A stretch of DNA of 55,035 nucleotides, the filler included, from Sphacelaria rigidula (Eukaryota), in NCBI GenBank assembly GCA_964200075.2. It is 6 parts of 6 records of this genome, joined end to end, with 100 filler letters (N's around TTAATTAATTAA, not from the genome) between each part and the next. Parts side by side here need not be neighbours in the genome. Positions count along the whole stretch, not along the records: positions 9,191 to 18,280 come from CAXNAA020009330.1; positions 18,381 to 27,470 come from CAXNAA020009331.1; 4 more parts are not named here. One strand, given 5' to 3'. Each line of letters starts with the position of its first letter. Position 1 is the first letter of the stretch. The position numbers and the translations under genes were made by a program. The notes under the pieces are model-generated. The model was given only the letters and a program-made list of their open reading frames with translations. It did no database searches and was not told the DNA's origin. This document shows positions 11,786 through 24,166 of this stretch, piece by piece.

Positions 11786-14700
11786 ATGGGCCAGAGCTTC
11801 AATGCGCAGGCCGTGGCCTCTATGGGTAGGTGAGGGATTGAATGTATAATCGTCATTTTTTTTCTTCAGTTTTATTTTGCAAAATCGAACACATGCTCGT
11901 GTTTCTTCTTTGGCGTTCTCTTCTATGATGGTTGTAGAGCACGACTATTTCCTGGGCTGCTGGGCTGCCACCCATCCGGCTACACCCTGGTGAAGTCTTT
12001 CATCGCCTCACCCAAGTGGCGGGGAATAGATTTTACAGCTCATCGTGCCGGTGTCGACTTTTGACGACTTTTATTTCTGACGCGAAAGCACCATCCATTT
12101 CTTTTCTTTTCTCCCGCTTACAGGATAGCGCGACATCCCGCTCTTGCGGTGCCGCACGTTTCGGTATCCCACATCGGGAACTTAGACTTTGAGGCCTTGC
12201 GGAACATGGGCTGCAAGGGGGTAGTCTTCGATAAGGTCAGCTTTGAATTCCCGCACATGCCGCGTTGTACCAGTGTACTTGTCGCATTTTGGTCAAAGTC
12301 GTATCATTTCACCGAGCTTGTCGAAACAAATCCATCGTTTATGACGCTACTATACCCCGACGAGCTTCGTGTTCCGTCCATCAGGCGTTGTATCTAGGCG
12401 GAGGGATACTCTATGTCTTGACAGCCTCGAATTAACGGGGCGAAGGGCTGAATGGAGTGCTTGCACTGCCGGTCTTGAGGTCGAGGTTTTTCGCTTCATT
12501 TTGGTCGTGCACGGCGGAAACAGTATGGTGACGACATGGTGAAATTTGCGACAGACTCTTCCGTACCGCATCTTCGTGTACCCGCAGACGATGCGATAAA
12601 CCAAACACTTTTTGTGAGGTTTCATCTCTATCTAGCGTGACCCTTGGCCCGTAGCATACGGCGCGCAATAAGTGTCATGGTTCATATCAGGATGAGTATC
12701 GCCACTCTGTAGGTGTTTGCCGCTCCTTGGTGGGTGTAATGGTCCAACTGTCACCATCAGGGTGGAGAGAACGGGGGTTCGATTCCCGATATGTTGGAGT
12801 TTTTTTTTCGTAGTACGTGATTTCCACCTTGAAAAGCGTGAGAACGTGAGTAAACAAAGTGGTTGACTGAGTTTGTTTGGCGTGAGGTTGACGTGGTGCA
12901 GGAGTGCTGATGGTCATGATCCAATCCGCGAGACCAAAATGCAAGGCATGTACCGGGGGGAGATGGGTTGATCCCTTGAGGCTACGGACTCGTCCCGTGG
13001 AAGGGGAGGGGTTCAAAGTGCGACAAAAAATAAAACGGCAATAAAGTTGTAGGTGTGTGTGTGTATGTTTGTGTTTTTCCAGTGTGCTGTACTCCTTTTG
13101 TTCTAGCGTTCCTTCTTCTATATTTCCCCCTTTCTCTACATGCTAATATTATCGGGGAGTGTTTCCTCTTGGTTGACCTCGAGTGCATATGCCTATCCCG
13201 TGACCATGGCTGGATTTCTTGGGGACCTATCGATTCGCGTAATCAATCTATTATATCTACCTATCAATCAAGTTATGACTACATCGCCCTATATTGCGCT
13301 CTGCAACTTGTACGAGGTGTTTGCTGCGTGCGATGTGCTGTTTACACCCATCATGTGCTCTTCGATGTGCCGTACACCGAACATATGCGCTTTGACGCGT
13401 TTTATCGGCGCAGGATAACACGCTGACGGCTCCGTATGCAGATGATGTGCATCCTTTAGTAGAAGAGGGTCTCCGGAGATGCACGGAGGCCTTCGAGGGC
13501 AGGGTCTGCATCATGTCCAACTCGGCAGGCACACGGCGAGTACCCGAGCAACCTACATCACACAGCCTCTACTTGCACAATTATTATTTTCTGTGCCCAC
13601 GTGAACATTTCGGCAGCTCGCTCTTCCTGATGCAGGCATTTGTCGTGTTACCAGTAGCTCAAAGTCACAAGGACATATGACGGCACTGGGCTATTGGTTC
13701 CTGGGCAGATATGTCAATACCGTTCGAGGGCGCGGGGGGGGTACTCATTTGTTGCTTGCCTTAGTCGTTTGACCGTGCGATGCGGGAAGGTGGAACGAAA
13801 ATCCACGAGCGCCTCTTGCGCCTCACCCTTCTGTTGCGCCCGGAGTTCTAACGAGATTCATTGTTCAAACTCTGAGCCCTTGATTCGTCGATCACCAGCT
13901 CCTTCTCAATTCTCGTGGAAGTGCTCGAAACTGTGACGGCTGTGATGAGCTAGCTCGGTGGTGAGCGTTTTGTTGGAATGAGATTAACCCTTTGGGAACC
14001 CAGAGACGATTTTTTTTTCTATGAATCGGCATCATTCCCAGGCAAGTCGAAAATGATGCCGATTCACATAAACAAAAATCGTCCCTGGATTCCCAAAGGA
14101 TTAACGCTTGATTTTGCAGTCGAGGAAGGCATTAAAACCAGTTGCCTGCGGCAGTGGCAATTATTCAGCAGCGTAGCTTGTGGGGCGCCTTGGAAACGCT
14201 TGAGCGTCACGGTATCTAGCGCTGCAGGTGGATTTCGATGTCGTCATCGCTTGTTTCGCTCTCTGATTTTAGCCCGACATTCTGTTCATGCCCATGTTTG
14301 TGTGTATATCTGCGCGTTCGTCCCTTTTCTGCTGGACGCCTAGTCCTTCCGGTGTGTGTGAATGCAAGCCAGGGTCACACGGGAGTTTTGTTTTTTTGCA
14401 CTTTACCTTCCTTCTGCCGTGTTCAACTTTTCATCAGGAGAAGGGTTCGGTCTGCCCTTCCCCTCGTCGGTATTTGAATATAATTTTGTTCACTCACGAT
14501 GTAATCGCTATCTACTGATGGGCAAATTGTGAGAGAAAAGTTCGAAGTGACTTTCGCCGAGGATCGAACTCACGACCCCACCGTCAAAATTATGAGGTGA
14601 GTGATCGACTGAAGCACCGGGGCGCCCGGAATCTTGCGAACAATTTCAGTTTTGATTATGATCAACCATATTGGTCGACCGTGCCGTGTTGAAGCTCTCG

Positions 14701-15092
14701 ATCGCGAAAAGTATGGCCAAGAATTATAAAATGTAGCATGATATGTGGCCATAGCAGACTTACAATCACCGCTCCTCGTTTTCTCGCGGTTTTACTGTCC
14801 GCGCTGTAGGGATGACCCAGAATACGCGGATGCTGTTCGCATCGAAAACACACTGGGCATTGCGGTCGTGAGGCATGAGGCCAAGAAGCCGGGAGGAATC
14901 GAAGATGTGCTGGCGTTTTTTGCTGAGAAGGATCCAGACGTACGATTAGATGAGCTGTGTTTCGTTGGAGACCGATTACTGACAGATGTGGTTTTCGGCA
15001 ACCTGCATGGCATGCTCACCATCCACACTCAGCCCTTGACATTGGAGGGCGACAATCGGCCTGCAGCCATTTTCCGCTTCTTGGAGCGCAAG
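11786..15092 (+). CDS. GEP4: Phosphatidylglycerophosphate phosphatase, HAD IIIA GEP4/YqeG family (4 exons resolved; last exon and any N-terminal extension unresolved)
   Basis: Exons 11786-11829, 12124-12235, 13414-13535 and 14810-15092 splice in frame: MGQSFNAQAVASMGRIARHPALAVPHVSV...GVVFDKDNTLTAPY...IMSNSAGTRDDPEY...VVRHEAKKPGG...CFVGDRLLTDVVFGNLHG. HAD motifs DxD, SNS, KP and GDRxxTD are all present. Confidence 0.9.
12724..12808 (+). repeat. tRNA-derived sequence (SINE head or tRNA pseudogene) in intron
   Basis: A-box-like TGGTGGGTGTAATGG, B-box GGTTCGATTCC, CTCC/GGAG acceptor-like pairing and a T-run. Anticodon arm non-canonical. Confidence 0.6.
14290..14626 (-). mobile_element. tRNA-headed SINE-like element (body type 1)
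   Basis: Minus-strand head with B-box GAGTTCGATCC. Body CACCTTCCTTCTGC..CCCTCGTC shared with 17157-17430 and partly 53380-53452. (CA)n-like tail. Confidence 0.75.
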
Positions 15093-17156
15093 GTGACCGG
15101 AAGCCCCACATGCGAGGCAAACAGAGTCGTGTCGCTCCTTTTGGTCATGCTCCAGAACATTCTCTCGTGCACCTCTATTCACGGCATGTATTAATTTTGC
15201 CCTATTTACTGTTGGTGTCTTGCTCTTGCAGAACCCATGGCTGGGAATTCCATCACTGATATTGTGGCTCCCAGATAGCTAAGTATGTCACCTGCTTCCA
15301 CTGACTCCTTGCGGGAAGTGTTGCGATCGGGGCCTGCCGTTTTTTTTTTTTCCTTCTTGGCTCTGTACTACTATTACTTCATTCTGTGCCTTCTCTTCTA
15401 TCTTCTCCCTTTCCGTGGCGTAATGTTGGCGCGTACCGTTCATTGACCTCGGATACGTCTATCTCGTGACGACAGCTGGATCATCAGGGAATCAGTTAGT
15501 GCTAACGTGCGACGAGCAATCCATTATTCAACCTTGTCAACAAAATAAAGGTAATTTCATGTATTTGATTAATTGGTCGGTTGTCGCGCTTCCACTGATT
15601 CTTGAGTCATCCATCCGTGGTCACATCATATACGTACCCAAGGTGAAGAGAACGGAAACGGTAACTCGCTAAAGGAAAACTCTGGAGATGATGGGGGGGG
15701 GGGGGGGGGGGGGGGCGGATCCATTTGTTGTTGGGCTTTTTTTTTTCCCCTTTGCACACCGATCCCTTTCGGGGGGGNNNNNNNNNNGAACATCAGGAGT
15801 GTGGTGTGGGGGGGGGTGGAGTCGGAGTGCGTACTCATGTGTTGCTTGCCTTAGTCATTTGACCATTGACCACGCATCCCTTTCGAGACGGAGCAACTAG
15901 CGGAGGAAACTAAGCAAAAAATTGAGACAAAACAAAACATGAAAAAATGAAAAGCATGAAAGATGTACGTGTGTACAGCAGGCGCATTCGCGTGCACTTT
16001 GCTGATGCTGCTCTAGAAGATATGCAGAGTATTGCTGTTTTGCACAGCGTATAGACAACATGTCCTTGCACCAGGGTGCTCGAATTGTGGTTGGGCTTCG
16101 ACGAGCTCCCCATCTTCCCATCGTCTTCACTGCGTTTCTGCCGTCCTAGCGCGTCCGAGATTTGCCTCTCGCCAGGTCGCGTACTTACGAAGTTCTGGTA
16201 TGGTCTCGCGGACGCTACCAGGTGCCAGGCGTTTGTATGGCAAAACGTGGCCATCCATTGCGTGCCTCTTCGTCGCATCACCTTCGACTGTCAGCGAATC
16301 CCAATGAACTTCGCTCCGTCTGCTCCGCCGTTCGTACTTCGCAGGTTTTCTTGGAGTTCCTGCAGCCTAGATTTTCTGTTGAGCCCGAGGCCCACAGGTT
16401 GTGTCCGGAAGGAGCTGCGACTTTGATTCGATCGAGCAAAAGTACAACAGAAGAGCCCTTAGCCAGCCCAAGACCCTGAGAAACATGTTGCTTCGTTGTA
16501 TCGTGTTTGCCAATGTTTCAAGTGAAGCTTTGGGCTTTACGCGTGAGTCATGGTCGACGTGCGTGACCGTCCCATGTGCCTACGGTGTCCATGAAATTAT
16601 TCGGTTGGCGTCTTTTTTCCGGCGATAGTGGTGCTGTGGTCATAGACTACCGTCCTTCGGGGCTGTGTTTTCATGTTCGTCGGCGTATCGCTGACTTTTC
16701 CCCTTGTACTCTGGCATTTTGTCCCAATAGCTTTGTGACCACGGGTACTAGATTTCTGGACAAGGGCCCACTTGAAAAACAAAAAGTCTGCTGTGTCGCT
16801 GGAGTTTAGAACGGTGCGCTTGACATGAAAATGGTGCGTTTGATTTGTTGTGTGCGTGTAAATGGAGGGTGTGAGCTGTCTTGACAAGGCGCGAAATGTA
16901 CATATGGTACGCGGTACCACGAGCCTCTATGTATGATGAACAACTGTTGGTCACAAAGGATATTCTGAAGCCACGTGAGCGTTTTGCACGTTTCGACGTT
17001 GCTGTTGTAAACCGCCTACACCGATGATACCCTGTAGAACCGGACGCCGTGTAAGTTGCTTTACGCTGGCGAATCAGTGCGGGTGCATTCGTTGACCCCA
17101 ATCGCGTACAACGCATTTTCGCATGTACGGTTTCTCCACGTCCCGGTAATGTGTTG

Positions 17157-17430
17157 CGTGTGTGTGTGTGTGTGTGTGTTGTCGCCCCATCTATTGAGGA
17201 CGCCGGTCTACAGTACACCTTTCGGTATATGTGCGCGCACCATCCGGGTCACACAGGAGGAAGATCAACACAGCAGTTTTCATTTTTTGTTTGAGTTCTT
17301 CACCTTCCTTCTGCGGTGCTTGCCTTTTATTTTTTATCGCGAGAGGGGTTTAGCGGTCCCTTTCCCTCGTCAACCGTTAAGTCCAATTTTGTGTACCCAC
17401 GACATCGTCGCTCTCCACTGTTATGGGGGT
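17157..17430 (-). mobile_element. SINE-like element type 1, headless copy with (CA)n tail
   Basis: (GT)n then GTTGTCGCCCCATCTATT..GGGTCACACAGGAGGAAG..CACCTTCCTTCTGCGGTGCTTGCC, similar to 14290-14520. Confidence 0.7.
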
Positions 17431-17964
17431 GAATGGGGCCCGATTTTGGGCACTATATACAGTACAAGGAAAATGGACCGATCAACTACACAGTTAGTTG
17501 AATGCAGAAGAAATGAAACGTGAATGAGCCAATCAGTATCAATCACAAGTACACGCGTCATTCGAAATGACGACGGCGCTCATAAAAAATGTACTATTGC
17601 TATAGTACATTCTACAACAACCCTGTGACTGACGTTGCTGTACACCTGTGCACAGGGTTATAACAACAGGAGGATGGGAGCTGCTGCTCGTATTGTGCCA
17701 TTCTTATTGCAGTATGTTGTTGTGCTCATCTTTCGACGCAGATATCTCGGCAACGAAGCACAGGATTGGACTGCGGTTTGATGTGTGCGCTTCCCACACA
17801 CCAGAACTACTCAGTGGCGCGGCGGCTTTCCGTAACGCGTGCCGCGGAGCCCGCAGCACTTTGCAAACCGCCAAAATGTACTAAAAAGCGCTTTTTCTTC
17901 GACGTTCATGGGCTTTTCGGATCCGCTGTGGCGAGTCGAGCAAATCCGCCGCGGCACTGAATAG

Positions 17965-18280
17965 ATAAGAGTGTGTGCGCGGGCGGCTGTCAAGTGCTAC
18001 AGGCCGGTTTGCTTCCCGTCTCGAGAAGTATGTGATGAAAAAATTACAGCTGTCGCATACTAAACCTAGGTAACTTCGGATGGAGCGTGTGTTCTGATCG
18101 GCACAGGTCCGACCAGTCAACGACGTCTCCAATATCCCTCCGCGTTCACATTTTTTTTGTTGGCAACGGATTCTTGGTCGGTAAGACCTTCATTCACCCC
18201 CGTAACTGTTGGGCATGGTGTGAGAAAAAATCCCAGATCGCATCGAGATTCGAACCCACGACCCAACCGTCAGAAGGTCT
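17965..18280 (-). mobile_element. tRNA-headed SINE-like element (body type 2), cut by contig end
   Basis: Head GAGATTCGAACCCACGACCCAACCGTCAGAAGG resembles 14560-14590. Body GGCTGTCAAGTGC..AGGTCCGACCA..CCTCCGCGT shared with 33420-33675. Confidence 0.7.
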
Positions 18281-18380
18281 NNNNNNNNNNNNNNNNNNNN
18301 NNNNNNNNNNNNNNNNNNNNNNNNTTAATTAATTAANNNNNNNNNNNNNNNNNNNNNNNNNNNNNNNNNNNNNNNNNNNN
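18281..18380. other. Artificial contig linker
   Basis: 44N-TTAATTAATTAA-44N. Confidence 0.97.
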
Positions 18381-20961
18381 TGATACATATGGAAGCGCAG
18401 CGCAGTATAAAGTATTACTATCGCCGTAGAGTATGGCGTCAGCACTTATCATCCGCTGTGTCAAACTCCGTGCGAAGTTGCTTCAGCAGCTGGGGGCGGC
18501 AGTACGCACGCCCTGTGCTGTCACGAGACTGTCTCCTGCTGCCGTTGCAAAAATATCAAACGCCTCGGACTCTGGCAATGTACGTTAGTGCACGTACGTC
18601 ATCTCAAAAAAATCGAGGGAAGTCACGAACTAGGAACGATTCCCCCCGACTTTATTTTCGAAAAATCGGGGGAAACATTCCGAGATCGTGGCCCCCCGAT
18701 TTGGTCCAAATCCTGTCCATGAAGTGCGTTCCCCGATTTTGTAAAAATCGAGGTTCGTGCCTGCCATAAAAGCGGGTCTCACTGAGGTCACGAGTTCTAA
18801 TCCCGACACGACCATTTTTTTATGCGCATAATCTAGCATGGCGCCTTGCATCTGGGGGGTGTAAAGCGCGGTTTGAGGTAGTACTTCTCCCTCTTACGGT
18901 GGTAAATGACCGTCGGCTGGGAGGTTGTCTCCCATAATGGAGCTGTTGACAACCTTGATGCCATTTTGCAGCACTTCTCGCACCAGTGTGCTTTTGCCTG
19001 CGCATGTCGAATCGACGCGTTCCTGAGCGGCGCAATTCCCTACCGTATTTCCACCGAATTTCGGTAAACGAAACGTCATCAGACACGCAATCACGCAACG
19101 ACACGAGACGTTTCCGGTACTCAATGCAGGATAATGGCATCATCGCCGAAACCTCGCCAATCGACCAGCGGCGGTGCCGTGCGTCACCAGGTTGGTGTGC
19201 AGTTCACAGCGATATGCTCGAGTCGAGCTGATTTGGTGAACGTGACGAGTTATGGTTGGAGATGCAAATGCGGGATGTACTGCTGGCCCAGCTCGTATTG
19301 TTCATGTTTGAAATTGAGAACAGGCTCGTTGCTCAGCTTTGAGCCCTTTCCCCCCCTGCCGTCACCGAACATGGGGTAGGTGGGTAGGAGAGGAGGAAAG
19401 CGAACTGTGGAGCAAACGATGAGTGCGTCTCGTGTGGGAGGAAGTCCATGAAGTCACAGATCAGTTCGTGTGCGGAGAGCTAGAATCTTCCCGCATGGAT
19501 GTTGTATTTTTTAAATCTGGGATTGAAAACAAGATGGTCTCCTGGGCCACTTGTTTTGCATCGTGACAATCACCAGCGTCGTATCCTATCGAAATAAACC
19601 AGTCGGTTCTCGAAATCTGTATTTCAAAACAGATTTGTGCCCACAACACTAGCTCAAGTTCAAATGTGAATTCAGATCCAAACCTAGATCGGTGCACAGG
19701 TTGAAAAAAGAGATGGTCCTCGCGGCGGTCGTTGTTCTAACATCTCTGTACTGGCACAGGCAAGACGCGACAAGGTAACACAACACCTATACACGTAGCT
19801 CCCGCAAAACACGCACAAATACGCGCATTAGCTCCAGCGGTAGCCCTTGCTCATGTGGGCACTGCAGTCATTGACGGATATGCTTTCAGCGTTGAATTAA
19901 AGCTGGCTGCGCGCGTGTCCGAAAACCCATCGCTTTCTGACCCTCTGGAGTTGGTGCTTGGGGCACCCGTCTGGCTCTGTCGGGTTGTGTCACACTTTTT
20001 CGTGTGCCCCTTTCAACCGTACATTGAATTCTCCGCTTCGAGCTGAAAACAGAATAGATCTGTTTCGTCAAAACGATTTCTGGGCATCTTCTTGAGGGGC
20101 GGTATCGCAACGACCACTCACATTCCGTTTTAACGTCTAACGTTTTGTCAACACTTGGCCGTCAGGGCAGGTGCACTGTTCGATCGGCATAGTTGTGCTT
20201 CGAAAATGACCGCAAGGACCATTTGACCCACCCTTCTGGTCAAGAGAAAACCGATGAAAGTTTCCCGAAAAGTCACGGCCTCATGTAGTTCAAGCTATTC
20301 AATTCCTCGAGCGCCCATGCGCCAGGAGGCCGCTTTTCATTTTCCTCCGCCGAAGGATCGGAATCGTTGTGTTGATTGAAGAGACAACGCCGTCATGTAG
20401 GCAAGGATCCGGATCCGCTAGATCATTGCTGCGCACGTAGCCCGTGCCCTCTCCTGAACATGTTTGCATTATACAAGTAGCTGCTATGTGATCGCGCACG
20501 ACTTGTATCTCCGCTGTTGTAAGAGTCGACGGCAAGGCTAGCGGGATACGAACGCATACAGGGCGCATCCAGTTTTTTGAGCGTTGTACAAGAACAGGGT
20601 GAACTGTAATGCTTTTGTATAGCGGTACTACACTGTTGTGTACAGCTATATTTCATCTCTGTGCACAACAAGCTGCAGCGTACTCTATGGGAAGTTTTTG
20701 ATAGACCCGATTTTGACCAATCCTTCATTTCCACGAAAAAAAGTCTGCTTCTCTCGACGAGATGGGCGAGATAGGAGCGTATCTGAGAAAATCTTCAGAC
20801 GTCAGGCACGTTTTTCTCCCAATAAAGCGCGCATGAAGAGGGGGGGAAACGCCCCAAGCTTTTCCAGGCTGATTTTTTCGGACCACAAGCACCGGCCTTG
20901 AAGGAATTTTGGCACACTAGTACAGAGGAGCTAGGCTGCTGCAGCGACGTGAAAACTAATA

Positions 20962-21561
20962 CTTCCTCCGTCCCATAAGTAAAGTCCGTTACGATCACAC
21001 GGACCCTGAACCGTGTGCAATGCCCTCGGCGATTTTTTTTTAATTTTCAGGATTTTTCTAGTTGAATCACGTTTTTTTTTCTGTTTGCGCAGCAGCCAGC
21101 GTGCGCGAACGACCGATACACGATCAATCGACCCCAAAATGGCCATATTTCGCCCCTTTTCCAAAACACGGAAGAACCCAGGGAACCCGAAAAACGGCAA
21201 AAATCGCCTCAAAGGCACAACTGTCTGTTTTTCTCCGGTTCATCGCTGGCATACAATGGCTACGCCTGGTCCGAAACCATTGGTGTCAATTGCAGCCTTC
21301 ACTTACTTCACAATAACCCAAATTTGTCAAAATTCGGCCGAAAATGTACAGATCGGACGGAATTTGGTCGAAAATTGGCCATGTTTGACCACACGATTTT
21401 AAGGGTCGAGGTCGATTATTTTGTTTTTGTTTTTGTTTTTTCCAGTGGCCATCTCCACAACTATATAGTTTCAATGAACCTAACCATAACATCCTGAGCA
21501 CCTCCGTTGGCGAGGTACGGCCTACCCTCCATGTCGGACTTTACTTCTGGAACAGAGGAAG
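20962..21561. mobile_element. Tc1/mariner-type (Stowaway-like) non-autonomous element
   Basis: TA|CTTCCTCCGTCCCATAAGTAAAGTCCG ... CGGACTTTACTTCTGGAACAGAGGAAG|TA. A related lone left end lies at 10379. Confidence 0.8.
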
Positions 21562-22249
21562 TATGTAGTATCGATATATATACTCCGTAGCATACTATAT
21601 ATAAACACCCCAGCTGCAGCTACCGTATCCTTCTCCGCGGCAGGTCACAGATGATGGGGGTAGATAAGCCCTCCCCGCCCTCCTCCCTCCCCCCTTTTAA
21701 ACTGTAGCTTTTTGCCTATAGCCCGTAGATCGAACATGGAATATGATATGGGGGCATGTGTCTTCATCACTTGACCGCCAGCTTTGTTCCAGAACATTAC
21801 CGTATCGCGGGCTGGCAGTCCAGGGGTTTCCTCGGCGAGGAAAAGGGGGTCCTCATTGCGGGGCGATACGGGTTCCCATATCGCCAAAGAAAGTTTCAAG
21901 TTTTTTAGATCCACCATGATTATCTCCGGGAATTTTTCGTGTGGGGCATCAAGCCTGACGAGAGTGGAGTCACCATGTCACCATTGCGACGAGTTGAGTT
22001 GGTGGAACAATCTTGTAGGTCCAGCCAAAAGTCGCTCGATTCCACCCACGTAGTGCTCAAGCTGTATGTGATATTTCTGCGACGGCCACTGGAATGAAAA
22101 GTTACTTTCAGCCTTATGCGCAATCTTCGCGACTTGCCTGCCCTTTCATGTGTCATCGAGGTAGCTATTATAGCTTTTATTGCTTCACAGCCATCACGTG
22201 ACTTTTCCAACATTGCGTCGACAGCATTTTGTTCCAATCCCAAATTCTG

Positions 22250-22765
22250 TGCAGACCGCACCACAGCGGTAGTACAGCAGCCCAGGCAATCTCCAGCGCA
22301 GACCAAACCACGTCCGTAGGGTTCAAACGTACCACAGTACAGCGACAACAGCAACATAGAGATGATGAGTGTGGGCATGAAGCGCGCCGTTGTTTTTACA
22401 GACGACACAATGCATCCAGCACACCATGAGGGTGATGTTGTCGACAGTGTCCAGACTTGTGTACCGATCGAGACACGACAACCTCACAGCAAATCACGCA
22501 ATCCCCAGCGCAGATCAAACCGTCTTCGCACGGTCCATACGCACCACACTACCGTGTCAGCTGCAGCATAGGAATGATGGATCTGGGCACGTAGCGTCTT
22601 GTTCGTTGCGAAAGACACAACATCCAACCAACACACATGGCATTTTCAACTTTAAAGAGACAGCATTGTGTGCCGACCGCAGTTGTTTTACACAGCAACA
22701 ATATATCAGTGCAGCGCAAGGTCTGAACACACCACAGTACAGTGACAGCTGAAGAGCATAAGAGA
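22250..22765. repeat. Degenerate tandem repeat, about 215-bp unit, 2-3 copies
   Basis: Recurrent CAATC(T/C)CCAGCGCAGA(C/T)CAAACC and ACCACAGTACAG(C/T)GACA blocks. Confidence 0.55.
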
Positions 22766-24166
22766 GGCATATGCTGTGTGCTGTATTACAGTAAAAATTC
22801 ATGACACGTTCCATATTCCAGTCTTGGCCTAATTTGGAAAAGCCCGGCCAAAATGTAATGCCCGTTCAAATTTGTGGGGGTCATTTTCCTTCAAATTGCC
22901 AACGATTTTTTGCCATAGGAAGGGCTGTTGTCAACACCCGCTAAAAAAAAAATGGAAAAGAACTTTTGAGCGGCTCCCTCGAGAGTTGGTCTAACTCGAA
23001 ACACCGACGTGAGAAATCAATCGCGCGTGCGTGCGTTGAAGAATACAAATGTACGCGCAGCCTCCTAGTTAGCGACCTACCTGGTTGTAGTCGCTACCGA
23101 CCTTTTTCTTGTGCGTTCAAGCTTGCATCAACCGTGTGGGATCAGTTTTTTGAGGTATGCAATGAAGCCTGCACAAACGTCCCTTGGACTACCCAGAGGC
23201 GAGTAAAATTTGCGTACTTCATTTTGTGGCATTCTGTAACGGTTCCTGGGAATCTTCACAACGGGACCCCGGGAAGCCAGTAGAGCGAATAAACTAGGAA
23301 CTTTTCTTCAGTTAAATTTTCACCATTTGAAGCACCCGTATCTCCCAAACTACTAGGTTTGAGGATGACCGGAGGTTTTTCACGACAGACATGAGGGAAA
23401 CCGTCACGAGGCTTTCTGGGTCTTCAACATGATGAATGGAATCCGACGACGCTGAAATCTCAGGTCGCCGAAATACCATGGTTTGAGGTATAATTCAATG
23501 TAATACAAACCGCTTTCAAATCCGTTCTTGACGTTAGATTCCCTCGATAATGATGATGATTACTAGTGTTTGATTCATGATGAGATTGGGTGAAAATTGT
23601 GTCGGGAATTCTCAGTGCTAGTTTCAAAATAATTTGAAGGTCCCCGTTTGGCCGAGAAACATCTTTAAATGAACTGGGCAAGCCGGCCGTTTTTTTGTCT
23701 GTTTACAGCTGATGCGGGGCTTGATTTGAGGACTTAAGTGCTGAAATTTTGCCGCGACATTTTTATCAACACGCGCAAGATTTCTTGGGATGCAAAGGAA
23801 ATAAAAACAGAAGTTTGAGCGATTTGAAATTTAAGCAAAATGTAGAAAATGTCAGCACTTCACGTTAAAGTTAGAAACGGCGGCGTCCCCGGTCACGAAT
23901 TTTTAACTTGCGCGCAGAAGATCCTGTTGTACATTTTGGCTGTAACTCCTAGAAGTGGGCCCAACGTGAAACTTTTTGTTTGACACCGCTGCACCTCGGT
24001 AATTCAAGTGATACAGGAGACTCCAGGTTCGGAGGTCATGAGTTCAAATCCGGACATTATTTTCCCCGCAGAATCTGATTCCGTCGTTAAGCGCGTATGT
24101 CATGCTGTATATTTTTTTCATACTATCTTCAGCGGTAGAGCATGTATGACCAGGTTGGATTCGAAG

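Noticed and set aside
12724-12800. Functional tRNA, possibly with a TCA (Sec/opal) anticodon
   Set aside because: Anticodon and D arms pair poorly, U33 is absent and there is no long variable arm. Better explained as a degenerate SINE head.
15231-15282. Terminal exon of the GEP4-like gene (NPWLGIPSLILWLPDS*)
   Set aside because: The acceptor and phase are plausible, but there is no recognisable family similarity and an alternative exists at 16075. Left unresolved.
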